Shown here one piece after another: positions 1 to 11,100 of a stretch of DNA of 64,000 bases (the first letter of the stretch is position 1; the number at the start of each line of letters is the position of its first letter). The DNA is from an uncultured Verrucomicrobiae bacterium (GTDB lineage Bacteria; Verrucomicrobiota; Verrucomicrobiia; Limisphaerales; UBA11358), in NCBI GenBank assembly GCA_963802965.1, contig CAWDKS010000008.1, positions 160,375-224,374 on the forward strand, given 5' to 3'. The translations under genes and the position numbers were made by a program. The notes below the pieces were generated by a model. The model was not told where the DNA came from, did not search any database, and saw only the letters and a program-made list of their open reading frames with translations.

Positions 1-124
1 GTCATAATTGATAAAACCTTTGATTTAGTCAGAACGAAGGAGTTAAATCTTCCAGAAAGGCTTGGGAAAACGAAATGCGTCAACCAGTCCCTTTTACAGC
101 GTTACGAGGAACCTAGATTAACGT

Positions 125-1147
125 GTGACGAGAAATGGAATGATTATGTCAGAAATAAATATTGTCGGTTTTAAGAAAATTCAATCCGTAATCAGCGTTG
201 GTGGTTTGTTGCTGGCTTTGGCGTTGCGCGCTCAGGCCGCGCCACTCACGGCGGGCGCTCCCATTCTGCTGCCCGGCACGCAGGGCGGATTTGATTTCAT
301 CCGCGTGGATGCCACCGCAAACCGCCTGTTACTGGGACACGAGGGCAACAAATCATTCGATGTCTTTGATCTCGGCACCGGCAAGTTGCTGAAGGCCATC
401 CCCACCAGCACGGCCCAGGATGCCGCGGTGGATGTAAAACGCAGCCGCTATTACGTCAGTGGCAATGATCCTGCCCGCATGGTCATCGTGGATTCCGCCA
501 AGCTAGAGGTGACCGGTGAAGTTGCCGTGCCAGCGAACACCGATTTGATTGCCTTCAACCCCGTGACCGGATTGGTCTATGAATGTAATGACACCGCCGG
601 CGAGCTATGGGTGATTGACCCGGCAGCCAATAAAATCGTCACGACCATCAAACTCGACGGCAGCGGCGTGGAAGATCTGGCTTTTGACCCGGAATACAAA
701 CACCTGTATCAGGCGGTGAAAGGGAAAAACACCATCGCGGTGATTGATCCGGCCAACAACAAGGTTTTGGAAACGTGGCCCTGCGCACCGGACAAAGGGG
801 TGCATGGCATTGCCGTCGTCCCCGAAAGCAACGGCCTACTCGTGGCTTGTGCCGGCAGGCTGGTGTTGTTCGACCGTTCCAGCGGAAAGGTCACGGCGAC
901 CGCGCCCACGGGAGGGCGGGTTGATGAAATGGCTTACGACCCCGGCCTGCATGTGGCCTATTGCGCCAGCCGTCAGGGTAAGATTTCCGTCGTGGCAGTT
1001 GAGGCCGGCAAATTGACCGTGCTCGGCGATGTGCCGGACGAAGCGGGAACCGGAAGCATTGTCGTTGACCCCAAGACGCACACCGTGTGGATTGCCTGTC
1101 ACAAGGGCGATCAATGTTTAGTGCAGCCGTTTACTCCAAACAATTAA
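125..1147 (+). CDS. Secreted YncE/YVTN-type beta-propeller repeat protein
   Basis: 340-aa ORF with a signal-like N-terminus (GGLLLALALRAQA). Recurring strand motifs (VIVDSAKLEV, WVIDPAANKIV, AVIDPANNKVL) are typical of YVTN beta-propellers. Start uncertain: GTG 125 or ATG 140/146. Confidence 0.7.
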   Translation: MTRNGMIMSEINIVGFKKIQSVISVGGLLLALALRAQAAPLTAGAPILLPGTQGGFDFIRVDATANRLLLGHEGNKSFDVFDLGTGKLLKAIPTSTAQDAAVDVKRSRYYVSGNDPARMVIVDSAKLEVTGEVAVPANTDLIAFNPVTGLVYECNDTAGELWVIDPAANKIVTTIKLDGSGVEDLAFDPEYKHLYQAVKGKNTIAVIDPANNKVLETWPCAPDKGVHGIAVVPESNGLLVACAGRLVLFDRSSGKVTATAPTGGRVDEMAYDPGLHVAYCASRQGKISVVAVEAGKLTVLGDVPDEAGTGSIVVDPKTHTVWIACHKGDQCLVQPFTPNN

Positions 1148-1209
1148 ATGGATATCAAAACCGGTTGGCCAAAGGCAGCCGTTCACATGTGGGCATGTCA
1201 CAAGTCCTG

Positions 1210-2478
1210 ATGCAACGCTTTCTAAAGACACCTTTAATCGCGATTCTCATCGTAATCCTGGCCGGCGGAGCTGGAGCCTGGTGGTGGCATGTGCGGGGAA
1301 ATGCCAAACTGTCCTTTCTCACGGCGGTCGTGAAGCGCGGTGATGTCGCGGCCACCATTAGCTCCAGCGGCACCATTGAACCAAGTGAAACCGTGGATGT
1401 AGGCGCGCAGGTCGCCGGGCGCATTACGACTTTCGGCACGGACATCGCCGGCAAGACGATTGACTACAACTCGGTGGTGGAGCAAGGCGCCATGCTGGCA
1501 ATGATTGATGACTCGGTTTATGCCGCCGACCTATCGGTCGCCAAGGCGGGTGAATTGACCGCCGCCGCGAATCTCGAACAGATGAGCGCGAAGCTCGACC
1601 AGGCCGGGGCGGAATGGAAACGCGCGCAGTCGTTATACGATTCCAAATTGATGTCGCAGGTGGATTATGACACGGACAAGGCGAATTATGAAGTCGCCAA
1701 GGCAAATGTCTCCGTCGCCAAGTCGGGTATCGCGCAGGCGCAAGCCGATTTGGACAAGGCGCAGCGGAACCTGGATTTCTGCATCATCAAATCGCCGGTC
1801 ACGGGCGTCATCATTGACCGCCGCGTGAACATCGGCCAGACCGTTGTGTCCAGCCTCAATGCGCCGAGCCTGTTCCTCATCGCCGAGGATTTGACGAAGA
1901 TGCAAATCTGGGTGGCGGTGAACGAGGCGGACGTCGCGCGGATCAAGCCCGGCGCGCCCGTCACCTTCACCTGCGACGCCTTTCCGGGGCGGCGGTTCGA
2001 GGGCACCGTCGGCAAGGTGCGCCTGAATGCCACGATGACGCAAAATGTGGTGATGTATACGGTGGTGGTGAACACGGAAAATCCGGACAAAGTTTTGCTG
2101 CCTTACCTGACCGCCAACGTGACTTTCACCGTGAGCAAACAAACCAATGCCCTGCTGGTTCCCAATGCGGCATTGCGCTGGTCGCCATCGTCACGCAACC
2201 AGATAGCGGTTGACGCGCGTTCGCAAAATCCGGTTGACCCGCCGGCTGACAATCCATCCGGCGCAAAAGGCGCAAAGGGGGGGCAGGGCATTATTTGGTT
2301 GAAGGACGGCGAATTCGTCCGGCCTGTCGAGGTGAAGGTGGGAACTTCGGACGGTTCCAACACCGCCGTCGCAGCCGATAACCTGAAAGAAGGTGAAGAG
2401 GTTGTCACGGGTGAAACCACGGGACCGGAGCAGGGTGGAACCCAAAATCCGTTCCTGCCGCACTTCATCAGGCGCTGA
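1210..2478 (+). CDS. MacA-like periplasmic adaptor (HlyD/MFP family)
   Basis: N-terminal TM segment, coiled-coil hairpin ([15 protein letters not shown]...[12 protein letters not shown]) and beta-barrel region. Start set at ATG 1210 by alignment with the paralog at 18588..19856 (MRRFLKIP vs MQRFLKTP). Confidence 0.85.
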   Translation: MQRFLKTPLIAILIVILAGGAGAWWWHVRGNAKLSFLTAVVKRGDVAATISSSGTIEPSETVDVGAQVAGRITTFGTDIAGKTIDYNSVVEQGAMLAMIDDSVYAADLSVAKAGELTAAANLEQMSAKLDQAGAEWKRAQSLYDSKLMSQVDYDTDKANYEVAKANVSVAKSGIAQAQADLDKAQRNLDFCIIKSPVTGVIIDRRVNIGQTVVSSLNAPSLFLIAEDLTKMQIWVAVNEADVARIKPGAPVTFTCDAFPGRRFEGTVGKVRLNATMTQNVVMYTVVVNTENPDKVLLPYLTANVTFTVSKQTNALLVPNAALRWSPSSRNQIAVDARSQNPVDPPADNPSGAKGAKGGQGIIWLKDGEFVRPVEVKVGTSDGSNTAVAADNLKEGEEVVTGETTGPEQGGTQNPFLPHFIRR

Positions 2479-2480
2479 AC

Positions 2481-3866
2481 GTGAATACTTTTCACGGAAC
2501 CTTGCGGATGGCCTTGCGCGCCTTGCGCCGCAATGTCATGCGGTCAGTGCTGACTTGCCTGGGCATCATCATTGGCATCGCCGCCGTCATCGCCATGATG
2601 GAGATCGGCCGCGGTTCTTCCTATTCCATCGAGCAGACCATCGCCAGCCTCGGCGCGAATGTCATCCAGATGGATCCCGCGCACATGACCATTGCCGGCA
2701 TCAATTCAGGCGCCGGCGGGCAGCCGACCCTCACGCCAATGGATGCCGATGCCATCCGCGAGGAATGCAGTGCCATCAAATGGGTCGCGCCCAGCGTGGA
2801 TTGCCGTGCCCAGATCATTTATGGCAATCGCAACTGGAATCCGGGCCGGATTCTCGGCACAACACCGGATTATTTGGTGGTCCGGAGCTGGCCACTTTCC
2901 GACGGAGAATGTTTCACGGAACAAGATGTGCGCAGCGCGGCGGCCGTCTGCATCATCGGGCAGACTATCGCCAAGCAGTTGTTCGGTAACGAATCCCCCC
3001 TTGGTAAGGAAATCCGCGTCAAAGGCGTCGGGATGAAAATCGTCGGTGTCTTGAGCCGGAAAGGGCCGAACATGATGGGGCAGGACCAGGACGACTTCCT
3101 AGCCGCCCCCTGGACCACCATCAAATTTCGCGTGACCGGCGTCCGGCAAAACGGACAGTCTGCGGTCACCACCGCGTCCAGCGGGGTCAATTCTCTCAAC
3201 CAGCTTTATCCGAATCAATCTGTGCAGCTTTATCCCCAACAAGACTCGATTCAGGCCGCCGACACGCCGCAGGTGACGCGGTTCTCGGATATAGACGACA
3301 TCTGGATGTCCGCCGACTCACCGCAGGACATTCCGAAGGCCCTCCGCCAGGTTACGGTCTTGATGCGCGAACGGCATCATATTCAGGCCAGCGAGTTGGA
3401 CAATCAACCCGGCACGCTGGACGATTTCCGCATTCACAGTCTCACCGAGCTTTCGCAGGCGCTCGCCTCCACCAGCGGCGTGATGACGAAGCTGCTCCTC
3501 ATCGTGGCGTTGATTTCACTGGTCGTTGGTGGCGTCGGCATCATGAACATCATGCTCGTGTCCGTCACCGAGCGGACGCGGGAGATTGGATTGCGAATGG
3601 CCGTCGGCGCGCGGTCGCGCGACATTTTAAGGCAGTTTTTGGTGGAGGCGGTGACGCTTTGTCTGGCCGGCGGCATTGCCGGAATTTTGCTGGGGCGCGG
3701 CGTGTCGCTCGCGGTCACGGCATTGTTGCATTGGCCCACCATGCCGTCCGTGCCGGCAATCATCGCCGCCGTCGCAACATCGGTGACCGTTGGAATCGTT
3801 TTCGGATTTTATCCGGCATGGAAAGCTTCCCGGCTCGACCCAATTGAGGCACTTCGGTATGAATAA
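2481..3866 (+). CDS. MacB-type ABC transporter permease (FtsX fold with large periplasmic domain), no fused ATPase
   Basis: 461 aa with GTG start. N-terminal TM ([22 protein letters not shown]), long periplasmic domain and C-terminal FtsX-type TM bundle ([24 protein letters not shown]). Starts 3 nt after the adaptor gene. Confidence 0.85.
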   Translation: MNTFHGTLRMALRALRRNVMRSVLTCLGIIIGIAAVIAMMEIGRGSSYSIEQTIASLGANVIQMDPAHMTIAGINSGAGGQPTLTPMDADAIREECSAIKWVAPSVDCRAQIIYGNRNWNPGRILGTTPDYLVVRSWPLSDGECFTEQDVRSAAAVCIIGQTIAKQLFGNESPLGKEIRVKGVGMKIVGVLSRKGPNMMGQDQDDFLAAPWTTIKFRVTGVRQNGQSAVTTASSGVNSLNQLYPNQSVQLYPQQDSIQAADTPQVTRFSDIDDIWMSADSPQDIPKALRQVTVLMRERHHIQASELDNQPGTLDDFRIHSLTELSQALASTSGVMTKLLLIVALISLVVGGVGIMNIMLVSVTERTREIGLRMAVGARSRDILRQFLVEAVTLCLAGGIAGILLGRGVSLAVTALLHWPTMPSVPAIIAAVATSVTVGIVFGFYPAWKASRLDPIEALRYE

Positions 3867-3928
3867 TGTGCCAATCGTCGAAAGGTTAAGTTGGCACAAG
3901 AAAAGTAGTGATGGTTGCATGATAATTT

Positions 3929-4330
3929 ATGCAACCACTCCATATAAAAAATATACTGCTCCTTCTCTCGCTTTGTCCTGTTCAAATTTCCCGATCACGA
4001 CAGCCATACCCACAGCATTGGAAATCAAACCAGCGAATTCTGTTACAGCCACAGACACTCGGCGAGCAGATCAAAAAGCACCGCTTGGAACTGCACTGGT
4101 TGCAAACGGATGTTGCCACAAAGATCGGAATTTCTTCCGCGTCGGTTAGCAATTGGGAGCGCGGTATCACCTCCCCATCGCGGAGGATGACAAAGAAGAT
4201 TCGGGAATTCCTTGGTTACACACCACCTGCACTGGTCCCGAGAAAACGAAGTCTCGGTTTATGCCGTTGGAAATGTGGAATTTCTGAAACCTCTCCCGAA
4301 CGCTGCCTGTTTGAGGGGGTTTGCAAGTGA
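3929..4330 (+). CDS. XRE-type helix-turn-helix protein
   Basis: HTH segment LGEQIKKHRLELHWLQTDVATKIGISSASVSNWERG. Lies in an AT-richer stretch. Start uncertain. Confidence 0.5.
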   Translation: MQPLHIKNILLLLSLCPVQISRSRQPYPQHWKSNQRILLQPQTLGEQIKKHRLELHWLQTDVATKIGISSASVSNWERGITSPSRRMTKKIREFLGYTPPALVPRKRSLGLCRWKCGISETSPERCLFEGVCK

Positions 4331-4498
4331 TTCAATAAAAGGAGCTTGCAATTACAAGTTCATGCACCTGACCCCAATAAAGTCGGCAGGATTCATTGCT
4401 ACAACGAGCAGGAATTGTGATGAAAAAATCATTGTTCCTACTGTCCACGAAATCCAACAGCTCAACAGATTATTCGCATATTTTATTCTAACTATTAG

Positions 4499-4526
4499 GC
4501 TGGCGGAAGGGGTGGTTTCTGAACCC
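4499..4526. repeat. Direct repeat of the tRNA-Ser 3' end (att-like island boundary)
   Basis: GCTGGCGGAAGGGGTGG (17 nt) is identical at 4499-4515 and 8031-8047. Similarity continues to about 28 nt (TTTCTGAACCC vs GATTCGAACCC). Confidence 0.75.
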
Positions 4527-4557
4527 TTTTTGCCATCTGGCGATCAAGGCCATAAGG

Positions 4558-4764
4558 GTGGATTCGCCACCCTGCCAAAACAGCCCCCAATCGCTCGCGG
4601 AATTACTAACAAAATACCGCGTGAAAATGAGCCTTGCCCGGGAAAACTTGGCCGCAAAACTGGGCGCGAGCTTGGGAACACTCAAAAACTGGGAGTGCTG
4701 CCGAACTAAGCCCAACAGGCAATTTTGGTCAAAAATTCGAGAGCTGGAAGAGGGGCGTCATTGA
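4558..4764 (+). CDS. Small XRE-type helix-turn-helix protein
   Basis: 68 aa with GTG start. HTH segment LAELLTKYRVKMSLARENLAAKLGASLGTLKNWE has the same architecture as the 3929 gene. Confidence 0.5.
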   Translation: MDSPPCQNSPQSLAELLTKYRVKMSLARENLAAKLGASLGTLKNWECCRTKPNRQFWSKIRELEEGRH

Positions 4765-4837
4765 TCCATTCTCCCCCCCCACTGGCCTTGTGGTAATTGA
4801 ATCGTTTCACTTTATGCTTGAAAACCGAAAGGAATAG

Positions 4838-5077
4838 TTGGAAATTCTTACAATGACGAGCACCATTACAACCAAAGGTCAGACGGTCGTGCCAAAGGAA
4901 TTGCGCCGGAAATTTGAACTCGACTCCGGCGCTGTTCTGGATTGGCACGCCGATGGTGATTCCATGCGCGTGGTCAAATTGACACGATCCGCAAAAGGCA
5001 GCTTCACCCAGGCACTGCGTCGTCTGGGCCGCGTGCCGGCCTTTCCGCGCGATCGCCGACTGGTGGAGGCTGCTTGA
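4838..5077 (+). CDS. vapB: AbrB/SpoVT-family antitoxin (VapB-like)
   Basis: TITTKGQTVVPKELRRKFELDSGAVLDW is a SpoVT-AbrB swapped-hairpin motif. Start is TTG 4838 (RBS-like AAAGGAA just upstream) or ATG 4853. Overlaps the toxin gene by 4 nt. Confidence 0.8.
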   Translation: MEILTMTSTITTKGQTVVPKELRRKFELDSGAVLDWHADGDSMRVVKLTRSAKGSFTQALRRLGRVPAFPRDRRLVEAA

Positions 5078-5481
5078 GATTCCTTCTCGACACCAACGTC
5101 ATCACCGAAATCGCCAAGCTACGCCCCAACGCCCGTGTGTTGAACTGGCTTTTGGCGCATGAAGTGGCGAGCGGCATTCCCAGCGTGGCTGTCGCCGAGC
5201 GATATCAGGGAGCGCATAACGCACCCAAGGAACATCGCGTCCGTTTGCTGGCGGAAGTGGATCATTTTATCCGCGAGTTCGGGGAGACCGTGGTTCCATT
5301 TGACGCAGAAGCGGCCAAAGTATGGGGCGAATATGTTTCGCGTCCCGCCTTGAAACAAAGACCTCGCAGCTACCCAGACACGCAGATTGCCGCCATTGCC
5401 TTGAGCCGGGGATTAACCGTGGTCACGCGCAACGCGCAGGATTTTCCGGAAGTGCCCGTGCTTAATCCGTTTGAGGATTAA
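5074..5481 (+). CDS. vapC: PIN-domain ribonuclease toxin (VapC-like)
   Basis: MRFLLDTNV..., DTQIAAIA and VTRNAQDF acidic/PIN signature positions. The TTGA start/stop overlap with the antitoxin gene suggests translational coupling. Confidence 0.85.
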   Translation: MRFLLDTNVITEIAKLRPNARVLNWLLAHEVASGIPSVAVAERYQGAHNAPKEHRVRLLAEVDHFIREFGETVVPFDAEAAKVWGEYVSRPALKQRPRSYPDTQIAAIALSRGLTVVTRNAQDFPEVPVLNPFED

Positions 5482-5532
5482 ACTGCAACAGACTTCTCGC
5501 TGATACCGGCCCATACCGACCGCGGCTCTCGA

Positions 5533-7958
5533 TCAATCTCCATTTTGAATTTGATAACCGACCGCTTCATAGCCACGCACACGCTTTGAATACATAGCGG
5601 ACAGAACCGGCACACAACCATCCACATAATCATAAACGATGACTTCGCGTTTGTTATCGTGCAGACGATGCAAGCGGCCAACGTATTGTTGAAGCGTGCC
5701 GCGCCACGAAATTGGCATGGCTAGGAAAAGAGTGTCGAGTCGTGCGTCGTCAAACCCTTCGCCAATATAGCGGCCAGTCGCCAGCAGAATTCTTTCCTCG
5801 TCATCCGGAATTGCCGCCAGTTGTTCAGCAATGCCACGCCGTTTTTTGCACCCATGCCTCCTTTCAGCACAACGACGTGTTTTACAAGACTGTTCAATCT
5901 CCCGGCAAATTCATCTACCTGGTTGGTGCGTTCGGTCAACAGGATCGGAGAGCGTCCGGCTTTGATGGCGCGTAGCAGGTCAATACAGATGAGATCGTTA
6001 CGGGCCTTGTTTCCAGCCAATGCCGCATAAATCTCGTGCATTTCCGGCTTTCCAGTCGTGGGCGGCAACCGGAAATTGGTCGGCCTTGGAATGACGAGGT
6101 GTTTGAATGGTCGCGCGAGTGTCTGCGCTTTGGCATCCACGCGATGACGGATCGGTCCACATTGCATTACGATGATGGGATGATGCCCGTCCTTGCGTTG
6201 CGGCGTGGCAGTCAAACCCGTGATGTAGCGCGCCTTCACCTGCCGCAACACCTGCTCAAAACTCACTGCCGACAAGTGATGGCATTCATCCACAATGACG
6301 TGACCGTAGTTGGCAACCATGTCATCCACAACTTGTTTGCGGTTCAGGCTTTGAATGATGGCAACATCAATAGTACCGGTGGCGCGTCGCCGTCCGCCGC
6401 CAATCTGACCAATGCTTTTGATCGGCAGATTTAGAAATGCCGCAAGTCGCTCGCGCCATTGATCCAGCAGTTGCCGCCGATGGACGAGAATAAGGGTGTT
6501 CACTTTCCGTGCGGCAATAAGCCACGCAGCGATGACAGTTTTCCCGAAGGCGGTCGTCGCGCACAGAATGCCGTCATCGGACGCAAGCATGGCAATGGCG
6601 GCGGCTTGTTGTTCGGGGCGAAGTTGACCGTGGAATTTCACCTCAATCGGGCTGCCAACAAATCGCTGATCGTCGAGTTGGATCGCGACATTGTGTGATT
6701 TGAAAAACCCCGTCATTTCATCAAGGCAACCACGTGGCAAGGCAATGTGGCGTGGAAATTCCTCCGCGCACTGGATGACGCGCGGCTTGCCGAACGTGGA
6801 CAGCCGCATTGCCTGTGCCCGGTAAAATTCTGGATTTTGTAATGCAGCCAGCCGGTGCAACCGGTTTAACATCGCAGAGGGCAGTCCTTCCTTCTCCACA
6901 TAGATAAGATTGCTGCGAATGATTTTTACACTTGTCGGCAGCGGGCCGGGAATCGGTTCATCTTTTTTCCGCCGCGACGGTGGCAACGTCCACGGGTCTT
7001 CGTTTGAATCATCGTCGGTGACGCTACGCCGGACGCCAATGATATCACCACTGCGTTCGGCATCACGCACCAAGGTTTCAATTTCGGCAAACGACATCCG
7101 CTGGATGCTCGACAGGAATGCCCACTGGTCGGGATGCGGATTGAAATCAGCGGCAAGGAAAATACTGTTGCCGTGGCTGCGTGGCACGTGTTGCAACGGC
7201 AGCGCGATGAGGTTGCCGAAGCCGCCTTTCGGCATCGTGTCCTAGCTCGGAAAGAAACGGTCGTAAGAGTCTAGGCCGATCTGGTGTCGCCGCTCCATTG
7301 TTCGGGTGAGAATGGCCGCGCCAAGTTTTCGTGCCAAGCTGGCGGGCAGGGGTGCATCAAAGAAAATCCAGATGTGACCACCGCGCCCAGAACGCGACCG
7401 TTCAAAGGCGGCAGGAATGTTCCATTCGGCACAGGTTTCAAGGAATGCCCGCACATCATCCTGCCATGTCGTTTTGTCGAAATCAGCAGCCAGAAACCAG
7501 CACGTTTCATCGGTCAGCAGTGGATAAATGCCTGCCGTAAGCTTGCCCGTCAGGTGATCATGGATGACTTGATCTGTCAGCGAGAAGTATTCCTTTGGTT
7601 CATCAGGTTTTTTCTGGAACGAATTGCTCCATATTTTTTTATAGGCGGGTGAATAGCCGGTCTTGCCATCTCGTCCTTCCCAGCGCACCGCATAAACATC
7701 TTCGCGTCCGCGAAAAAGACTGCGGAACGACCTCACTTTTTCATCAGGACAAGATTTGGAAATGATCGCAGCCACAGTGGAGTTGAATTCACCACCGCTA
7801 TTTGTTGATTGAGCCGCCGCTTCGGCCTGTGGCAGTCCCAAGCGCTCGCGAAGCTGCTGGTTTTCAGCGCGCAATCGTTCACATTCCCCAAGCGCATCGG
7901 CCAGTCTTTGTTCAATTAGCGAACTCACTGGTTCAAGACTCCTAAAATCCGGGTTCAA
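5533..7958 (-). pseudogene. Disrupted AEP (primase-polymerase) / SF2 DEAD/DEAH helicase fusion gene
   Basis: Three ORFs (7958..7242, 7235..5721, 5718..5533) read as one protein: coiled coil, AEP core (LFRGREDVYAVRWE, WFLAADFDK, RSRSGRGGHIWIFF, DSYDRFFPS*DTMPKGGFGNLIALPLQ) and helicase (GKT, VIVDECHH). There is an in-frame TAG at 7242-7244 and a frameshift at the T6 run 5842-5847. Confidence 0.85.
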
Positions 7959-7960
7959 TC

Positions 7961-7991
7961 GAAAGAAAAAGCGTGATATGGATCACGCTTT
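7961..7991 (-). terminator. Rho-independent-type hairpin downstream of tRNA-Ser
   Basis: Minus strand reads AAGCGTGAT-CCAT-ATCACGCTT followed by TTTCTTTC. Located between the tRNA 3' end and the pseudogene start. Confidence 0.55.
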
Positions 7992-8032
7992 TCATGTTCA
8001 GCAAGAAGTCTAATTATTAAAATAAGAAAAGC

Positions 8033-8122
8033 TGGCGGAAGGGGTGGGATTCGAACCCACGTTAGGATTGCTCCTAAGCCTGATTTCGAGTCAGGTGCCT
8101 TCAACCACTCAGCCACCCTTCC
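8033..8122 (-). tRNA. tRNA-Ser (anticodon CGA)
   Basis: Minus strand reads GGAAGGG...CCTGA-CTCGAAA-TCAGG (anticodon CGA), a long variable arm (TTAGGAGCAATCCTAA), T-arm GTGGG-TTCGAAT-CCCAC, acceptor CCCTTCC-G and an encoded CCA. Confidence 0.9.
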
Positions 8123-8166
8123 GCTGCGGCGCTGGCATTAAACCAGAAACCACCGCGCGGTAAATC

Positions 8167-11100
8167 TTATTTCGGCGGCGTGACTTTCTTGAACGAGCGC
8201 AAAATATAATAGGCCACGGGCGTCGCGACGAGCGACAGCAGCACGGAGATGCACAAGGCGCCGATGACCGCGATGGCCAGCGGACGCAGCATGTCCGCGC
8301 CCGCACCGATGCCATAAGCCAGCGGCAACATGCCGAGCGCGGCGGCCATCGAGGTCATCAGCACCGGACGCAGACGGCGATGGCCGGAGCGCACCAGCGC
8401 CTCCACCAATTCCGCGCCGCCCGCCTCGAGTTGCTGCACGAAGTCGAGCATGAGAATGCCGTTCTTGGCCACGATGCCGATGCCGATGATTGCGCCGAGG
8501 ATCGAAACGATGTTCAGGGTGATGCCTGTGATCCACAATGCGGCGACCGTGCCGAACAACGCCAGCACGGAGCCGAAGACAATCGCCACCGGCTCGTTGA
8601 AGGAGCGGAATTCAATGACCAGCACGGTGAACACCAGCAGGATGGCGGCGGCAAGGACGACCACCAGATTGCGGAAGGATTCCTGTTGCTGCTGGTAAAG
8701 CCCGCCGTATTCGACCGTGCCGGGCGGCAGCCATTTGTCCTGGCTCAATTTGTCCTGGATTTCACGCATTGTACTGCCCAAATCGCGGCCTTCGAGCCGG
8801 GCGGAGACGATGATGTCCTGACGCAAATCGTCGCGGACCAGCTCGACTTGACTCGGTTCCACACTCACGTCGGCGACCTGGTTCAGTCGGACAACCGCGC
8901 CACTTGGCGTGCGCAGCGGCAATTCGCGCATCGCGGCGACGCCGTTGACGCTCGACGGTTCGTCCAGCACGCGGATGTTGACCACGCGGTCGCCATCGAG
9001 CATGGAGGAGGCAACCTGACCGAGCAGCGCGGTGTTCGCGGCGGCGGCGATGTCCTGCGCGGTGAAGCCGAACCGCTCGGCTTCGGCGGGGCGGACGCGC
9101 AGATTGATGGACGGGCCGGTTTCCGTCAGGCCATCGAACGTGTCCACGACGCCGGGAATTGTTTTGATTTGTTCCTGCACGCGCGGCGCGGTTTGTTCGA
9201 GCCATTTCAAGTCCGGCGAGAACAATTTGATTTCGATCGGATCGGGTGTCAGTTGCAAGTCGCCAATCACATCGGTGAGGATGCCAGGGAATTCCCATCG
9301 CACCATCGGGAATCGCTGGCTGAATTTGTGGCGCAATCCGGCGATGACCTCCTCCGTCGTGTGCTGGCGGCTGGCCTTGAGCTTGACCGCAAAGTCACCG
9401 CGATACGGCTCGGTAATGAACATGCCCATTTCCGCGCCGAGCCGCCGGGAATAACCCTCGACATCCGGGTTGGCGCGTAAAATCTCCTCCGCCTCGTTGA
9501 GAATGCGCGAGGTTTCCGTAAGGCTCGTGCCGGGTGGCGACCAGTAATCAATGACAAAACCACCCTCGTCGAAATCAGGCAGGAAATCGGAATCCAATTG
9601 CCGGTAAATGCCCACGCCTCCGGCGAAGATCAGCCCGCACGCGAGCATGGTCAGCCAGCCATGCCGCAGCGCAGCGCGCACGGCGAATTCGTAAATCCGG
9701 ATGACCTGCGTCAGCAGGAATCCGCCTTCCAGACTCTTCGGCGCGTGGCCGTGCTCCATTTTTTCGCGGTCACGGATGAACCACGCCGCCAGCGAAGGCG
9801 TGAGCGTCAGCGCCAGAACCAGCGACACGAGCAGAGACACGACCATCGTCAGCGCCAGCGCCCGGAAGAACACGCCGGCAACGCCGGTCAAAAACGCCAG
9901 CGGAATGAACACCACCACCGGCGTCAGTGTCGAGCCGATGAGCGGATATAAAATTTCGCCGATGGCCTCCTGGATCCCCGCCAGCCGCGGCCGCCCGGCG
10001 GCGATTTTCACGCACATCGCCTCCACGACGACGATGGCGTTGTCAATGATGAGGCCGATGGACGCCGCGATGCCACCGAGCGTCATCATGTTGAAGCTCA
10101 TGTTCGCCAGTTTCATGGCGACGAACGTAATCAGCACCGTGATGGGAATTGTAACGATGGCGGTCCACACGCTGCCCCAGTTTTTCAGGAAGAAATAAAG
10201 GATGAACACCGACAAGATGAGGCCGAAAATGATGGCGTCCCAGACGCTGCCCACGGAATCGCGCACAAACTGCGACTGGTCGTAGAAAAAGTCGAGGTGC
10301 ATGTCCGGCGGCAGTTCCTGCTGGAGCTGCCGCATTTTCGTTTTCAATGCGGCGGCTATGTCCAGCGTGCTGCCGTCGGGCTGGCTTTGGACATTGAGCA
10401 AAACGGCGTTGCGGCCCTGCGCGGTGACAACGGTGAAGGCCGGTGCCGGCCCGCGCTCGACGCGCGCCACGTCCCGGATGCAAATCGGATGCCCGCCGCG
10501 AACGGCAATCACCACGTTTCCGATGTCCTCCGGCGAATGCGCGCGTCCATCCACCGTCGTGAGGTAAAGGTGATAATTTTCCTCGATCATGCCAGCGGGC
10601 GCGACGAGGTTGTTTTTCGCCAGCGCGTCGCTCACGTCCGGCAAACCGAGACCGGCGGCCTGTAGTCTCAGCGGGTCCACGACGACGTGATATTCCGGCA
10701 CGTGGCCTCCAAGGATTTCCACCTTCGCGACGCCGGGGATTTGCAGGAAGAGCGGTTTCAACTGGTAATTCGCCGTCTCCCACAGGTCCATGATGTCGCG
10801 ATTGGAACTGGTGAGGCTGATGCCGATGATGGGAAATGCCGAGAACGTCACGCGCTCGACCTCGGTCCCGGCGGTTGCGGGCAAATCGCCGCGGATTTGC
10901 GACAGCCGGCCCAGCACGTAAAGTTCCGAGCGCTCCATGTCCACGCGCCAGTTGAAGAAAATATTGATTTGGGCCGAGCCGCGCTTGGTCGCCGAGCGCA
11001 CGGACACCGCGCCCGGAATGTCCTTCATCGCCTCCTCGATGGGCCGCGTGACGGTGGCCATCATTTCGTCGGCGGGCATGATGCCGTTGTCCACGAGGAT

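Noticed and set aside
4212-4709. 165-aa plus-strand ORF across the att-like repeat
   Set aside because: It spans AT-rich non-coding-looking DNA and the tRNA-remnant repeat, overlaps the small HTH gene in another frame, and has no motifs.
3867-8032. Search for an integrase, transposase or IS element in the island regions (also 34132-36450 and 62635-63260)
   Set aside because: No ORF in any frame shows tyrosine/serine recombinase or DDE/HUH transposase motifs, so I call these regions remnants rather than active mobile elements.
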